Below, one piece after another: positions 9,317-18,647 of a stretch of DNA of 64,000 nt. The first letter of the stretch is position 1. Each line of letters begins with the position of its first letter. The stretch comes from Gemmatimonadota bacterium. Lineage in GTDB: Bacteria > Gemmatimonadota > Gemmatimonadetes > Gemmatimonadales > GWC2-71-9. Where the stretch lies: assembly GCA_046733215.1 (NCBI GenBank), contig JBKPOS010000129.1, forward strand, positions 158-64,157, written 5' to 3'. The notes below the pieces were generated by a model. The model was not told the DNA's origin. It saw only the letters and a program-made list of their open reading frames with translations, and did not search any database. Position numbers and translations under genes: made by a program.

Positions 9317-10978
9317 ATGACCACACCGCCGCCCGACGACGATTCTCCGATCAGGTTTCCGCCACCGGGTGATTCGGGTCTCACCCGGATGGCGTACCTG
9401 CGTGAAGTGCTCGGCCCCCAGATTCGGCAGTACCACGCCGACCTCGCGGGTGCTGCAGCGGCGGTCCTCCATCCGGCCGAGAAGGCGTTGCAGGAAAGCC
9501 AGCGTCTGCTCGAGCTGTTCTTCGCGCAGTCGCTGGACGGCTTCTTCTTCATGATGCTGGAAGAGCCGGTCCGCTGGGACGAGACCGTCGACAAAGACGG
9601 CGTCCTGGAGTTCGTGTTCGAGCACCAGCGGGTCACTCGAGTCAACGATGCCATGGCGCGGCAGTACGGCGGCGGCCCGGAAGACCTCTTAGGGCGGACG
9701 CCGGCTGAGCTGTTCGTTCACAATCCGATGTACGGAAAGAATCTGTGGCGCCAGCTCTTCGATGCCGGCCGACTCCACGTTGAAACTGACGAGCGCAAGC
9801 TCGACGGTACGCCGATCTGGATCGAGGGGGATTACATCTGCCTCTACGCTCCGGACGGCCGGATCATGGGGCACTTTGGCATCCAGCGCGACATAACCGC
9901 TCGCCGTCAGGCGGAGGAAGCGCTGCGGTTTTCGGAGGAGAAGTTCGCCAAGGCGTTCCGCTCTTCCCCCTTCCGGGTGACCATTGGAACACTCGCGGAG
10001 GGGCGTTTCATCGAGGTGAACGACGCGTTTCTGCGCGATCACGGCTTCACTCGTGAGCAGGTAATTGGCCGCACCTCGCCCGAGCTGGGGCTCTGGGACA
10101 GACCGGAAAACCGCAAGCGATTGGTGGAAGCGCTGGAGCGCTACGGCAAGGTTCACGAGTTCGAATACCCCGGCCAGACCCGTGACGGCCGAGTCCACAT
10201 TACCTCACTGTCCGCCGAGCTGATTCAGGTGGCCGGTGAGACCTGCATCCTTGCGGTCGCCACCGACATCACCGACCGGAAGCGGGCGCAGGAGGAAATC
10301 CGGCGCTCCCGGGAGGAACTGCGGGCGCTGGCTGCCCGGCTTCAGTCGGTTCGCGAGGATGAACGAACTCATATTGCGAGGGAGATCCATGACGAGCTGG
10401 GGCAGGCCCTCACCGGTCTCAAGCTCGACCTGGCGTGGCTCCGTCAGCGGCTCAAGGACCGGACCGATCTGACCGAGCGGCTGGCCTCCGTGATGGGCCG
10501 GATCGATGGGACCATCGACGCCGTACGCCGGATCGCCACCGAGCTGCGGCCCTCGGTGCTCGACCACCTCGGTCTGGTCGCGGCAGTGGAATGGCAGGCT
10601 CAAGAGTTCGAGAGGCTCACAGGCGTCTCGACTCGACTGGACGTAAGTGCTACGACCATACCCGTGAACGGCACCACGGCTACGACCGTGTTCCGGATGC
10701 TGCAGGAGACGCTGACCAACGTGGCCAGGCACGCAGCCGCCACCCGGGTCGAGATCACGCTCGAGATCGGTTCCGACGCGGTGTCGTTCCGCGTCACCGA
10801 CAACGGACGTGGAATCAGCGATGCGGAGCGCACCGACCGCCGGTCGCTGGGACTGGTCGGCCTTCGCGAAAGGGCCATTGCCTGCGGCGGTCAACTGAGC
10901 ATCGAGGGGCGGTCTGGAGCGGGGACCGTGGTCTCGGCCCGAATTCCCACCAACCCAACCGGCGAGTTCATGCTGTGA
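9317..10978 (+). CDS. PAS-domain sensor histidine kinase (HisKA_3 / NarX-DegS type)
   Basis: Two PAS-like repeats, H-box HIAREIHDELGQALTGL, and ATPase motifs DNGRGI and GLVGLRERA. First ATG is at 9317; the ORF track uses TTG at 9281, so the start is uncertain. Confidence 0.85.
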   Translation: MTTPPPDDDSPIRFPPPGDSGLTRMAYLREVLGPQIRQYHADLAGAAAAVLHPAEKALQESQRLLELFFAQSLDGFFFMMLEEPVRWDETVDKDGVLEFVFEHQRVTRVNDAMARQYGGGPEDLLGRTPAELFVHNPMYGKNLWRQLFDAGRLHVETDERKLDGTPIWIEGDYICLYAPDGRIMGHFGIQRDITARRQAEEALRFSEEKFAKAFRSSPFRVTIGTLAEGRFIEVNDAFLRDHGFTREQVIGRTSPELGLWDRPENRKRLVEALERYGKVHEFEYPGQTRDGRVHITSLSAELIQVAGETCILAVATDITDRKRAQEEIRRSREELRALAARLQSVREDERTHIAREIHDELGQALTGLKLDLAWLRQRLKDRTDLTERLASVMGRIDGTIDAVRRIATELRPSVLDHLGLVAAVEWQAQEFERLTGVSTRLDVSATTIPVNGTTATTVFRMLQETLTNVARHAAATRVEITLEIGSDAVSFRVTDNGRGISDAERTDRRSLGLVGLRERAIACGGQLSIEGRSGAGTVVSARIPTNPTGEFML

Positions 10979-11607
10979 TCAGGGTTTTTATCGCCGACGA
11001 CCACCCGGTAGTTCGTGCGGGCCTGCGAGGCATCATCGAAGGCGAGCCAGGCCTCGAGGTGGTGGGCGAAGCGATCAATGCCGCCGACCTGCTGGGAACG
11101 ATCGGACGGACCCCGGCTGAAGTGTTGTTGCTCGACGTTTCGATGCCCGGTCCGGGGTTTCTGGAAGTGTTGCGCGACATCAAGCGCGATCATCCCCGCG
11201 TTGCCGTGCTGGTGCTCAGCGTGCATCCGGAAGACCAGTATGCAGTCCGGGCATTACGGTCGGGCGCCGCAGGGTATCTCACCAAGGATCACTCGCCGGA
11301 AGAGCTGGTCGCCGCCATCCGCAAGGTGCACCGCGGGGGCAAGTACGTGAGTCCGTCGCTGGCGGAGAAGCTGGCTGCGGGTCTCGAGATCGGCGCGGCC
11401 GGTGCGGCTCATGAAACGCTGTCGGACCGCGAGTACGACGTCCTTTGCCTGCTGGGGTCAGGGCAGACGGTGAAGGAAATAGCGGGGGGTCTGGGTTTGA
11501 GTCCGAAAACGGTGAGCACCTACCGCGCGCGCATTCTGGAGAAGATGAAGCTGGCGACAAACGCCGACCTGGTGCGCTACGCTGCCCAGCACGGGTTGAT
11601 CCGTTGA
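10975..11607 (+). CDS. NarL/LuxR-family response regulator
   Basis: GTG at 10975 overlaps the kinase stop (GTGA). Receiver motifs IRVFIADDHPVVRAGL and LLLDVSMPG. LuxR HTH LSDREYDVLCLLGSGQTVKEIAGGLGLSPKTVSTYRARILEKM. Confidence 0.9.
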   Translation: MIRVFIADDHPVVRAGLRGIIEGEPGLEVVGEAINAADLLGTIGRTPAEVLLLDVSMPGPGFLEVLRDIKRDHPRVAVLVLSVHPEDQYAVRALRSGAAGYLTKDHSPEELVAAIRKVHRGGKYVSPSLAEKLAAGLEIGAAGAAHETLSDREYDVLCLLGSGQTVKEIAGGLGLSPKTVSTYRARILEKMKLATNADLVRYAAQHGLIR

Positions 11608-11629
11608 GAGCAATGACGGCCGGCCACGG

Positions 11630-12504
11630 TTGGCCGGCGCGGAGGCTGGTGTGACACACGCAATCGAAGTCGAGCCCCACAAAGACGACTACGCCATGGG
11701 CCGGACGCCGGCTGAGTACGAACGGCTCCGTCAGCAGGCTCGAATCCTGGAACCGGCGGCCCGTCGAGTGCTGGAGCAGATAGGCCTCGACTCGGGAATG
11801 TGCTGCGTCGACGTCGGCTGCGGGCCCGGCGAAGTCATGCGGCTTAGGGGAGAGCTGGTCGGGCCGTCGGGTCGCGTGGTTGGCGTCGATGTGGACTCGA
11901 CGTTGGGCGCCCAGGCGCTGGCAATGCTGCGGGAGCGGGGAACCAGCAGCTTCGAGTTCGTTGAAGCCGATGCCGCACAGCTGGACCAGCTTCCGGGAGG
12001 CGAATGTGACCTCGCGTACGCCCGCCTGGTCCTGATCCATACACAGGATCCAGCGGTTCTGCTCCGCCGCATGTATGGCTGGCTGCGGCCGGGAGGCTAT
12101 CTCGTCGTTCAGGACTTCGACCTGAAGGGCATGAACGCCGATGCGGCCGGCGAAGCCGGGCGGGAGTTCCTGCGAGTAGCGAATCGGCGTGTTTCAGGCG
12201 CTTGGCCGGGACTCGCAAACCGGCCAGAATCTTCCCTACTACTTCCGGGCGGCCGGCCTGGGAAGGCCCGACGGCACGGACATCAGTGGAATCCTGAGTC
12301 CGATGACGACCCTGGCCCCGAAGATGGAAGGTGTGTTTCGCAGCGTGCTTCCGCACGCGCTCGGTCTCGGCCTCACCACGGAGGCCCGCAGCGAAATGCT
12401 GCTTGCAGGGCTGACCGACCCTGGCCGCGCGCGACGAAATCTGGGGGCGCTGGCCGCTGTTGATGTCGGCCTGGAAGCGGAAGCCGCTAGAAGCCTCCGA
12501 TTGA
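11630..12504 (+). pseudogene. Class I SAM-dependent methyltransferase interrupted by two +1 frame changes
   Basis: Motif I VDVGCGPGEV lies in the frame of 11630. Homology-like sequence continues in the frame of 12189 (VFQALGRDSQTGQNLPYYFRAAGLG). It then continues in a third frame (LAARDEIWGRWPLLMSAWKRKPLEASD, stop at 12502..12504). The switch zones are bounded by in-frame stops at 12177 and 12412. Confidence 0.6.
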
Positions 12505-12519
12505 GGCTCGCCGTTCGGT

Positions 12520-13848
12520 TTATTGATCGAACCGGTATACCGTCCCTCCCTTCATTACCCACCGGACCCGCTCCAGCTCCGTGATGTCTGCGAGCGGGTC
12601 TCCCCGCACGGCTACCATGTCTGCGTAGTGGCCGGCGGCCACTGTTCCCAGGCTGTCCTCCCGATCCAGCAGCCTCGCTGCCACGCTGGTCGCCGACTTG
12701 ATCGCCTGCATGGGTGTCATCCCGTACTTCACCATGTAGCCGAACTCTTTTGCCTGGTTCTCGGTCCACGCGTAGCCGCCCGCATCGGTTCCGTACGAGA
12801 TATAGGGCAGCAGTCCGCGCTTGAGGGCCGTGCCGAAAGCCTGGCGCTCGAGCTCGACCATTCTAGGCCACGGACCACCCCGGCCGCTCGCGACATACAC
12901 GCCTACGTAGATGGTAGGGCACCAGTAGACCTTCTGCTTCACCATGCGGTCGATGAGATCGGGCGTGAGGCCATCGCCGTGCTCGATTGTATTCACCCCC
13001 GCCCGCAACGCCGCATCGATGCCATCCCAGCCAACGGCATGAACGGCAACTTTCCGGCCGAGCCGATGAGCCTCGGCCACGAATGCCTGAAACTCCTCGT
13101 CGGTGAAATTCACCCAGCTGCGTAACCTGCCGTCGAAGGCGATGTAATACTTCCGGTCCGCGTAAACCTTGATCCAGTCGGCACCGTACTTGACCTGCTC
13201 CCGGACTGCCTTGCGGATTTCGTCCGGTCCATCCACGACCTGGACGCCCTCCGGCATTTTGAGCTCCCACGAATATCCCAACAACGGATACATCCCGGTG
13301 GCGCTGAATGCCCGGGTGGCCACGAACATGCGCGGCCCGGGCACGACTGAGCGCGCAATCGCGGTCTTGAGATCGACATCGGCGTACATTGCGCCCTCGG
13401 TCTCGAGATCGCGAATGGTGGTAAAGCCGTTGAGTAATGCCGTGCGAGCGGCTGCCGTAGCGCGGATAGCCCGGTATGGAATGGATTCCTTGAGTAGCTG
13501 CTCGTCGTAGTCTGCGGCGGTAATGTCGCCCTGAAGAAGCACGTGGGTGTGGTTGTCGATCAGACCGGGCAAGACGGTCATCCCGCTGAGATCGATACGG
13601 TCCGCGCCCGATGCACGGCCGCTGACATCAGAATACGGACCGACGGCGACGATGCGGTCGCCTTCAACCAGGATGCCCTGATCTGCGCGGACGTTTTCAG
13701 CGGCGCCATCGATCAGGCGCCCGGCGCGGATGATGATTCGCTTGGGCGGAGCAGTGGGTGCGGGAGCGGCCTGGGAGTGTACCGACGCCGCACACAGCAT
13801 GATGATTCCGAGGGCACTGGCTGTTCTGCCGACCGAGGGTGAGACCAT
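12520..13848 (-). CDS. Secreted amidohydrolase-family metallohydrolase
   Basis: Signal peptide, metal-binding PGLIDNHTHV, 442 aa, typical amidohydrolase_1 layout. Confidence 0.85.
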   Translation of the reverse strand: MVSPSVGRTASALGIIMLCAASVHSQAAPAPTAPPKRIIIRAGRLIDGAAENVRADQGILVEGDRIVAVGPYSDVSGRASGADRIDLSGMTVLPGLIDNHTHVLLQGDITAADYDEQLLKESIPYRAIRATAAARTALLNGFTTIRDLETEGAMYADVDLKTAIARSVVPGPRMFVATRAFSATGMYPLLGYSWELKMPEGVQVVDGPDEIRKAVREQVKYGADWIKVYADRKYYIAFDGRLRSWVNFTDEEFQAFVAEAHRLGRKVAVHAVGWDGIDAALRAGVNTIEHGDGLTPDLIDRMVKQKVYWCPTIYVGVYVASGRGGPWPRMVELERQAFGTALKRGLLPYISYGTDAGGYAWTENQAKEFGYMVKYGMTPMQAIKSATSVAARLLDREDSLGTVAAGHYADMVAVRGDPLADITELERVRWVMKGGTVYRFDQ

Positions 13849-13934
13849 ATGAACTCCGGGGGAAGGTACGTCGCCGGACGTGCGGTCCGGGCAGACGGCA
13901 GCAAATTACAAACTCGCCATCGAATGGGGAGCGG

Positions 13935-14753
13935 ATGGGACCACCACGGCGGCTGCTGCACACTGTAATCGCCGGGGTCGTAGCGGTGAGCTCTCGCCCT
14001 GACACCCTGGCCGACCCCGCTTTGCGATACGGACCCGGCCAGCTCGACTGTGCCCGCTTCCAGGAGACCAGTCGGGGCAACGTGGAGACCTACACCGCGG
14101 GACGTGCGCGCCGCGAGTCGGTCGGGCTCGACGGCGAGTGGCGCTTTCGAGCCCAGCCCGGCCGAGCCGACAGCGTTCAAGTAGAGGCGTGGTTCGACAC
14201 ACTCTCGGTCTGGCGGCGCACTGCCGAGGGGAATCTTCAGCCCGACACCGATCCTGTCATCGGCGGGCGCTATCGTGGCGTGGTGAGTCGGGATGGGCGG
14301 TATCGAGCCGATGCCAGGCCATTTGTGCCTGATGATATCGCAGAGGTAGCGGATCTCTCCCGGGCGCTGGATGATCTTCTGCCTCGGCTCCCCACTCAGC
14401 CGCTTCCGGTGGGAGAAACCTGGACCGACGGCGCGGGTCTCGAGATTCGCCGCCTGGCAGACAGTGTCGGCGTCGATTCGGTGCTTCGCTTCCGCCTCAC
14501 GCTGCAGCGCGAGACTCGAGAGGCGGCCCTTCGCGGCGACAGCATTCCGCTCAGGCTGACCCAGAGGACCCGCGAGGAGGGCAGCTTCGCCTGGCACGCC
14601 CGGCGCGGACTCCTTCGGCGCGTGCGCCACATCACCATCGAAACCGAGGTCCCCCCTGAGCCGAGGGTTTGGCGTGCGGTTCGAGCGAGGGTGGAGCAGA
14701 ACGTAGTGCTGGAGCGGATCCCGGACGAGTGCGAGCCAACCAGCGATAACTAA
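13935..14753 (+). CDS. Hypothetical protein, probable signal peptide
   Basis: ATG at 13935 (MGPPRRLLHTVIAGVVAVSS). Coding-like codon usage. No family recognised. Its stop overlaps the stop of the convergent ABC-2 permease. Confidence 0.5.
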   Translation: MGPPRRLLHTVIAGVVAVSSRPDTLADPALRYGPGQLDCARFQETSRGNVETYTAGRARRESVGLDGEWRFRAQPGRADSVQVEAWFDTLSVWRRTAEGNLQPDTDPVIGGRYRGVVSRDGRYRADARPFVPDDIAEVADLSRALDDLLPRLPTQPLPVGETWTDGAGLEIRRLADSVGVDSVLRFRLTLQRETREAALRGDSIPLRLTQRTREEGSFAWHARRGLLRRVRHITIETEVPPEPRVWRAVRARVEQNVVLERIPDECEPTSDN

Positions 14754-15553
14754 GGCCGCGCGACCGCAGGGAGTCGGCCTTCGCTTGAAGGCTTTTTCCC
14801 CACAAATCGCTGTTCCGGATCGAACAGCAGCGCGGTGAGACCAAAGCCGACAATGGCCGTGCCGATCAGAGCAACCAGGTCCAGGCGGAGACTGAACTCC
14901 GCTCCCTGGCCGAAAGCATGGCGCATCAGATCCACCATGTAGGAAACGGGATTCGCCCGCGCGATCGTCCGAAGCAGAGGCGGCATCCCGCCGGTGGGAT
15001 ACAGCGCGCCGCTCAGGAAGAGCAACGGAAATAACACCACGTTGATTACTCCGCCGAAATTCTCCACCGAGGTGAGCCGTGACGCGACCAGCAGCCCAAG
15101 CGTACCACTGACCAGCGACACCAGAACCAGGGCCGCCGCCGCCGCCGCGTATTGGGTCAGTGTCAAGTGAACCGCGAGCGGAGCGCAGATGAGCACGACC
15201 GCGGCCTGCATGCTGCCCACGAGCGCGGCGGATAAGGTCCTGCCAGAGAGCACGGCACCCATGCCGGACGGGCTCGCCAGCATGAGCCGCAGCATGCCAA
15301 ATTCGCGATCGTAGACTGTCGAAATTGCCGTCAGCATTCCGCCGAACAGCGCTGCCATCACGACGCCTCCCGGATAAGCGAACGCCTGGTAGCTCATTCC
15401 ATCCTGCAGACGCGCAATGCCGTTGAAGCCGGCGCCGACCAGGAATACCCAAATGAACGGGCGGGCCAGCCCGGACAGAAGCCGGCTTTGCTGGCGCGTG
15501 CTGCGGATGAAGTCCCTCACGACGATACCCCATGCTGTCGCGGCGGCGCTCAC
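14750..15553 (-). CDS. ABC-2 type exporter permease
   Basis: 267-aa six-TM protein with an ABC-2 (DrrB/NodJ-like) N-terminus AWGIVVRDFIRSTRQQSRLLSGLARPFIWVFLVG. Its GTG start at 15553 overlaps the ATPase stop (GTGA). Confidence 0.8.
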   Translation of the reverse strand: MSAAATAWGIVVRDFIRSTRQQSRLLSGLARPFIWVFLVGAGFNGIARLQDGMSYQAFAYPGGVVMAALFGGMLTAISTVYDREFGMLRLMLASPSGMGAVLSGRTLSAALVGSMQAAVVLICAPLAVHLTLTQYAAAAAALVLVSLVSGTLGLLVASRLTSVENFGGVINVVLFPLLFLSGALYPTGGMPPLLRTIARANPVSYMVDLMRHAFGQGAEFSLRLDLVALIGTAIVGFGLTALLFDPEQRFVGKKPSSEGRLPAVARP

Positions 15554-16500
15554 GACTGGACCTCGACCTGGGTTCGCGCGAAGTAAACATCCTCCAGCGT
15601 GGGCGGCCGCACGGACAGACGGCTGATACCGGAGACAGCCGCCGCTCGCTCGGTGACCACCTCTCCTCCCCCTCGCACACCCACCCGCCAGCCCCGGCCG
15701 GTCCGATGCGCGACGACCACGACCCCTGCGTCACTCAGGGCGGAGATCAACGCATCCGCGCCGTCGCCGTCGACCTCGGCGATGTGATCTCCCAGCCCCG
15801 ATCGCAAAGCGAAGGGCGGGGCGTCGGCCACGACTTCACCGCGCGCAAGCATCACGACGCGATCGGCCGGCTCGGCTTCGGACAGATAGTGAGTCGAGAA
15901 GAGAATGGTCGCGCCCCGCTCGCGTCGCTCGGTATCGAGCAGGCTCCACATGCGATCGCGATGCTCCGGATCCAGCCCGACGGTTGGCTCGTCCAGAATC
16001 AGGAGCTCGGGCGCGTGGAGCGTCGCTCGTGCGATATCAGCGAGCCTGCGCCATCCGCCCGAGAGCTGCCTGGCCGGCTGCCGAGCCCGGGGCGCAAGAC
16101 CGGTTCGATGCAAGGTGGCACGGACCGCGACTCGCCCAGCCTGTCCGTCGAGTCCCGCGAGCCGTGCGGCGAACAACAGGTTTTCCTCGACCGTGAGCAA
16201 CCCATCGACACTGGGCTCCTGAAATACGAGACCCAGGTGGCGGCGGACGGCGGCGCGCTCGCGCGCGACATCATGGCCGAAGACGCTGGCCCGCCCGCGG
16301 GACGGCGCGAGCAGTGTCGCCAGTAGCAGCATAGCGGTCGTCTTGCCGGCGCCGTTGGGGCCGAGGAGACCGACCAAGGCCCCGGCGCGGATGGCGAGGT
16401 TGAGGCCAACGAGGGCTCGGGTATCGCCGTAATCACGACCCAGCCCCTCGGCTCGAATGGCCAGAGCGGCATCGGCTCCCTCAGGGCGGGGGCGGGTCAC
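15550..16500 (-). CDS. ABC exporter ATP-binding protein (DrrA/NodI-like)
   Basis: Walker A GPNGAGKTT, signature LSGGWRRLADIARAT, Walker B LLILDEPTVGLD, and a C-terminal accessory domain. GTG start at 16500 overlaps the pqqE stop (GTGA). The upstream part of track ORF 15550..16884 lies inside pqqE and is not coding. Confidence 0.85.
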   Translation of the reverse strand: MTRPRPEGADAALAIRAEGLGRDYGDTRALVGLNLAIRAGALVGLLGPNGAGKTTAMLLLATLLAPSRGRASVFGHDVARERAAVRRHLGLVFQEPSVDGLLTVEENLLFAARLAGLDGQAGRVAVRATLHRTGLAPRARQPARQLSGGWRRLADIARATLHAPELLILDEPTVGLDPEHRDRMWSLLDTERRERGATILFSTHYLSEAEPADRVVMLARGEVVADAPPFALRSGLGDHIAEVDGDGADALISALSDAGVVVVAHRTGRGWRVGVRGGGEVVTERAAAVSGISRLSVRPPTLEDVYFARTQVEVQS

Positions 16501-17588
16501 GCCCGCTGTGGCTCTCCTGCGAGCACGCGGTATTCGTAGTCGATCTGGTCTGGCGTCTCGCCCAGAGCCTCGTCGATCAGACCGCGCAATGGAGTGAGAG
16601 TACAAACCGGATCGGGGTTGGCTGCATCTCCGGTCAGAGCGAATGCCTGACACCGGCAGCCGCTGAAGTCCAGCGTCTTCCGGGGGCACGCCCGACATGG
16701 CTCCTTCATCCAGGAATCGCCGCGGAAAGCCTGGAAGCCCGGTGATTCGTGCCAGATCCACTCGAGCGAGTGGTCCCGCACGGACGGGAACGACAGGGAC
16801 GTGATGATGCTGGCGGCGTGGCAGGGCAGTGCAACACCGTTCGGTGTGACGACGATATAGAGTTTGCCCCAGCCGCCGTAGCACGCCTTGGGGTACTGCT
16901 CGTAGTAATCCGGAAGGACGAAGATGATCTGCATCTTCTTTCGGTACCGCTCGATCGCAGCTTCGGCGATGGTCTTGGCGCGCTGTACCTGGTCGCGGGT
17001 CGGCATCAGGGCCGCGCGATTCTTAAGGCCCCAGCCGTAATACTGTGTGTTGGCCAGCTCCAGACGGTCCGCACCCCAGCTGCCGGCAAGGTCGATGATC
17101 TCACCGATCCGATCGAGGTTCCCTCGGTGGAGCACCACGTTGATTGAAAAGGCGAAGCCGAGCTCTTGCACGAGAGCTACGGCCGCCTGCTTCTGCTTGA
17201 CCGAGCTCACGCCCGCGATTCGCTCCGCATTCGCCGTGTCCGCGTCCTGAATGGAAATCTGCACGTGCTCCAGGCCCGCATCCTTGAGGGCCTCCGCCCG
17301 CTTACGGGTGAGCCCCAGTCCGGAGGTGACCAGGGTGCTGTAGAGGCCAATGCGCCTCGCATGACGTGCCAGCTCCTCGAGATCCTTTCGAATCAGCGGC
17401 TCGCCGCCGGAGAGTCCCAGCTGGAGAACGCCGAGGTCGCGCGCCTGACTGAATACCCGCTTCCAATCCTCGGTGGCGAGCTCGGCCTCTCCCCGGATCA
17501 GCTCGAGCGGGTTGGAGCAATAGGGGCAGTGTAGCGGACAGCGATGGGTCAGCTCCGCCAGCAATGTGGTTGGACGCTCGGACGTCAT
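16497..17588 (-). CDS. pqqE: PqqA peptide cyclase, radical SAM/SPASM enzyme
   Basis: LLAELTHRCPLHCPYCSNP (CxxxCxxC radical SAM cluster), SGGEPL, a C-terminal SPASM cysteine-rich region, and operon position after pqqD. Confidence 0.95.
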   Translation of the reverse strand: MTSERPTTLLAELTHRCPLHCPYCSNPLELIRGEAELATEDWKRVFSQARDLGVLQLGLSGGEPLIRKDLEELARHARRIGLYSTLVTSGLGLTRKRAEALKDAGLEHVQISIQDADTANAERIAGVSSVKQKQAAVALVQELGFAFSINVVLHRGNLDRIGEIIDLAGSWGADRLELANTQYYGWGLKNRAALMPTRDQVQRAKTIAEAAIERYRKKMQIIFVLPDYYEQYPKACYGGWGKLYIVVTPNGVALPCHAASIITSLSFPSVRDHSLEWIWHESPGFQAFRGDSWMKEPCRACPRKTLDFSGCRCQAFALTGDAANPDPVCTLTPLRGLIDEALGETPDQIDYEYRVLAGEPQRA

Positions 17589-17848
17589 TGAATCAACTCC
17601 CGCTCCTCCAGCGTGGACAGATACTCGGCCACGTCAGCGGAAACATCTGCCTGATAGCGTTCGCCGAGGATCGACGCGATCTCGGCCACAGTGCGCTTGC
17701 CGTCGACCAGCTCCAGGACAGCCGCGCCGGTCTCGTTCAGCAGCACGGCCCCTTCGGGATAGAGCAGGACTCGGCGCTGGCGAACCGGATCGTAGTCGAG
17801 CCGTGCCAGCCGCCAGAGCCGCGGCACCGAATCCTGAGTGAGCGCCAC
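17585..17848 (-). CDS. pqqD: PqqA-binding chaperone
   Basis: 87 aa, from GTG at 17848, two nt after the pqqC stop. PqqD-typical LYPEGAVLLNETGAAVLELVDGKRTVAEIASIL. ATGA overlap with pqqE. A TTG alternative start exists at 17854. Confidence 0.85.
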   Translation of the reverse strand: MALTQDSVPRLWRLARLDYDPVRQRRVLLYPEGAVLLNETGAAVLELVDGKRTVAEIASILGERYQADVSADVAEYLSTLEERELIQ

Positions 17849-17850
17849 AC

Positions 17851-18606
17851 TCAATCCTCGCGATACGCGTTGTAAATCGTATCGATCATCGCCCACAGCA
17901 TGTCCAGTTTGAACGCGAGCGCCTCGAACGCCTGACGCTGAGTCTCGACGCTGGTGCAATGCTCCTTCACGATCGCCAGGCCGTGGTGCACGTCGCGGGG
18001 CGCTTGGACCAGCCGGCTCTTGAAGTAGTCCAGCGCTTCGGGCGGAATCCACGGATAGTGCTTGGGGAATGCCTCGATGCGCTGCTGATGGATCTTGGGT
18101 GCAAATAATTCCGTCAGCGACGATGCGCAGGCCTGAACCCACGGTTTCGTCCGACAGAACGTGACGTACGATTCGCAAATGAGTCGGACCGCGGGAAGCA
18201 CATGGCGCTCGTCTTCCATCTCCTCACGGGGCACCCCCAACGAAATGCCCAGGCGGATCCAAAGCTCGATCCCTCCGCTGCCCGGTTCGGTGCCATCATG
18301 ATCGGTGATGCGCTGGATCCAGACCCGGCGCACATCCGCGTCGGGGCAGTTGGACAGAATCGCCGCATCCTTCCGAGGCACCACCCGCTGGTATGCCAGC
18401 CGGTTGGCCACCCAGCCCTGGAACTGGCGCTGGCTCAGCTTGCCCTCGTACATGAGCTTATGGAACGGATGCTCCACGTAGTACGAGCCCTGGAAGCTGC
18501 GCAGTGCCTGCTCCAGCGCGTCGGGCGAAAGCGGGCGCTCGAGAGCAGGGAAAGGCGGCTGGGGTGGGGTTGCCAGCTGAGATGCGTGCAATAGATCAGT
18601 GGCCAT
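17851..18606 (-). CDS. pqqC: Pyrroloquinoline-quinone synthase
   Basis: 251 aa with the PqqC-typical YYVEHPFHKLMYEGKLSQRQFQGWVANRLAYQ, and operon position. Confidence 0.95.
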   Translation of the reverse strand: MATDLLHASQLATPPQPPFPALERPLSPDALEQALRSFQGSYYVEHPFHKLMYEGKLSQRQFQGWVANRLAYQRVVPRKDAAILSNCPDADVRRVWIQRITDHDGTEPGSGGIELWIRLGISLGVPREEMEDERHVLPAVRLICESYVTFCRTKPWVQACASSLTELFAPKIHQQRIEAFPKHYPWIPPEALDYFKSRLVQAPRDVHHGLAIVKEHCTSVETQRQAFEALAFKLDMLWAMIDTIYNAYRED

Positions 18607-18647
18607 CGTGATACTCTCCTGGCGCCTTCGCCATCATTGCGACTCCA

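Noticed and set aside
12189-12584. 131-aa ORF as an independent gene.
   Set aside because: Its N-terminal two-thirds read as the continuation of the upstream methyltransferase. Its tail runs into the convergent amidohydrolase gene. It is better explained as the middle segment of a frameshifted gene.
13713-15734. 673-aa minus-strand ORF, the longest in this part of the track.
   Set aside because: It runs out of frame through the ABC ATPase and ABC-2 permease genes, antisense to the hypothetical gene at 13935..14753, and out of frame through the start of the amidohydrolase gene (13713..13848). Its Arg/Gly/Pro/Ser/Ala-rich composition is typical of non-coding frames in high-GC DNA. The recognisable Walker and ABC-2 features are in other frames.
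15550-16884. Long N-terminal extension of the ABC ATPase ORF. Similar extensions occur in track ORFs 56673..58178, 45129..46379, 47525..48658, 10435..11607 and 17585..18178.
   Set aside because: In each case the extension overlaps a well-supported upstream gene in another frame. An internal ATG or GTG sits exactly at or next to the upstream stop codon and gives a protein of normal length, so I trimmed the calls accordingly.
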